DNA from: Lytechinus pictus
Lineage: Eukaryota
Direction of reading: 5' to 3'
Assembly (NCBI RefSeq): GCF_037042905.1
Contig: NC_087248.1
Span: 17,360,001-17,424,000 of the forward strand
Length of the DNA stretch: 64,000 bases
Positions 63,454-64,000 of this stretch are shown piece after piece (within the stretch, counting starts at the first letter, position 1; each line of letters starts with the position of its first letter). Both the position numbers and the translations under genes were made by a program. The notes below the pieces were generated by a model. It was not told the origin of the DNA. It worked only from the letters and a program-made list of their open reading frames with translations, and searched no databases.

Positions 63454-63601
63454 CTCATGTTCTTTGATCTCTGCCTGTAATTCCGCTATCTTTCCTGCTC
63501 CCAGTACAGCTGTATTCCCTGCAGCTATCTCTTGCTGTATTCTATCGCCTGTGATGATGCCTTTGTTCCTCAATGCTCTGTCTTTCATCTCCATCAGCTC
63601 T
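63454..63601 (-). CDS. CEP162: CEP162 exon
   Basis: Pyrimidine tract plus AAG acceptor, GAG|GTATGC donor. ELMEMKDRALRNKG...KIAELQAEIKEHE, coiled coil, in frame with neighbours. Confidence 0.82.
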
Positions 63602-63979
63602 CTTTATAGAAAGAAAAGTGAAAGATTGAGGGTTCTAATCCTCCCGTGTAGAGGAGAGGCAGTTATAGTGCCCCCCAGGCACATGAGATGCCAAACATAA
63701 TAATATAAATAATACCAATAATCATTAACAATAACACCAATTACGAATATAAACTTGATCCCTTTGACAAGAGTGTCAACATCATTGGCAACATCATTGG
63801 CAGAGGCAATATAAGTTTCAAGACAACGCACATTAAATTATCACAAGAGCAAAACAAGATAGATAGTCATCAGTGATCCCAACAGCCAGCCTTAAATAAT
63901 GCCTTCTGCACACATATAATTTCGCAGGTGGAGGCATTAAAACAAAAGGTCGGTAAAAGGTTGTAGTAACGAAACATAC

Positions 63980-64000
63980 CTTAGGTTGCCGACTTCCGTT
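63980..64000 (-). CDS. CEP162: CEP162 exon truncated by the window edge
   Basis: TEVGNL-AG|GTATG. The phase-2 donor fits the next exon (AG+A = Arg). Confidence 0.7.

Overview
Eukaryotic, AT-rich, repeat-dense animal genomic DNA with three assembly gaps. The repeat families and intron style suggest an invertebrate deuterostome, most likely a sea urchin (inference). Two multi-exon genes converge tail-to-tail. (1) Plus strand: a kainate-type ionotropic glutamate receptor (GRIK1-3/GluK2-like). Twelve coding exons at 25554-42251 splice in frame into about 819 aa; the signal-peptide exon and first ATD exon were not found, so most of 1-25553 is probably a large 5' intron. (2) Minus strand: the 3' 13 coding exons (about 671 aa) of CEP162, from the window end to the stop at 51659. 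The rest is MITEs and other non-autonomous DNA transposons, tRNA-derived SINEs, a LINE tail, minisatellites and microsatellites. Most notable observations: the last ~38 codons plus stop of CEP162 are tandemly re-copied 8 times into its own 3' UTR; a decayed copy of the receptor segment equivalent to the AMPA flip/flop region lies just upstream of the functional exon; the agonist pocket has unusual substitutions (Arg at the GluA2 L650/GluK2 V685 position); the Q/R site sits inside one intronless 561-nt exon; a Penelope-type minimal hammerhead ribozyme motif lies at 793-831; and there is a possible spliced antisense transcript inside the receptor intron. All coordinates and alignments were read by eye; no searches were run.
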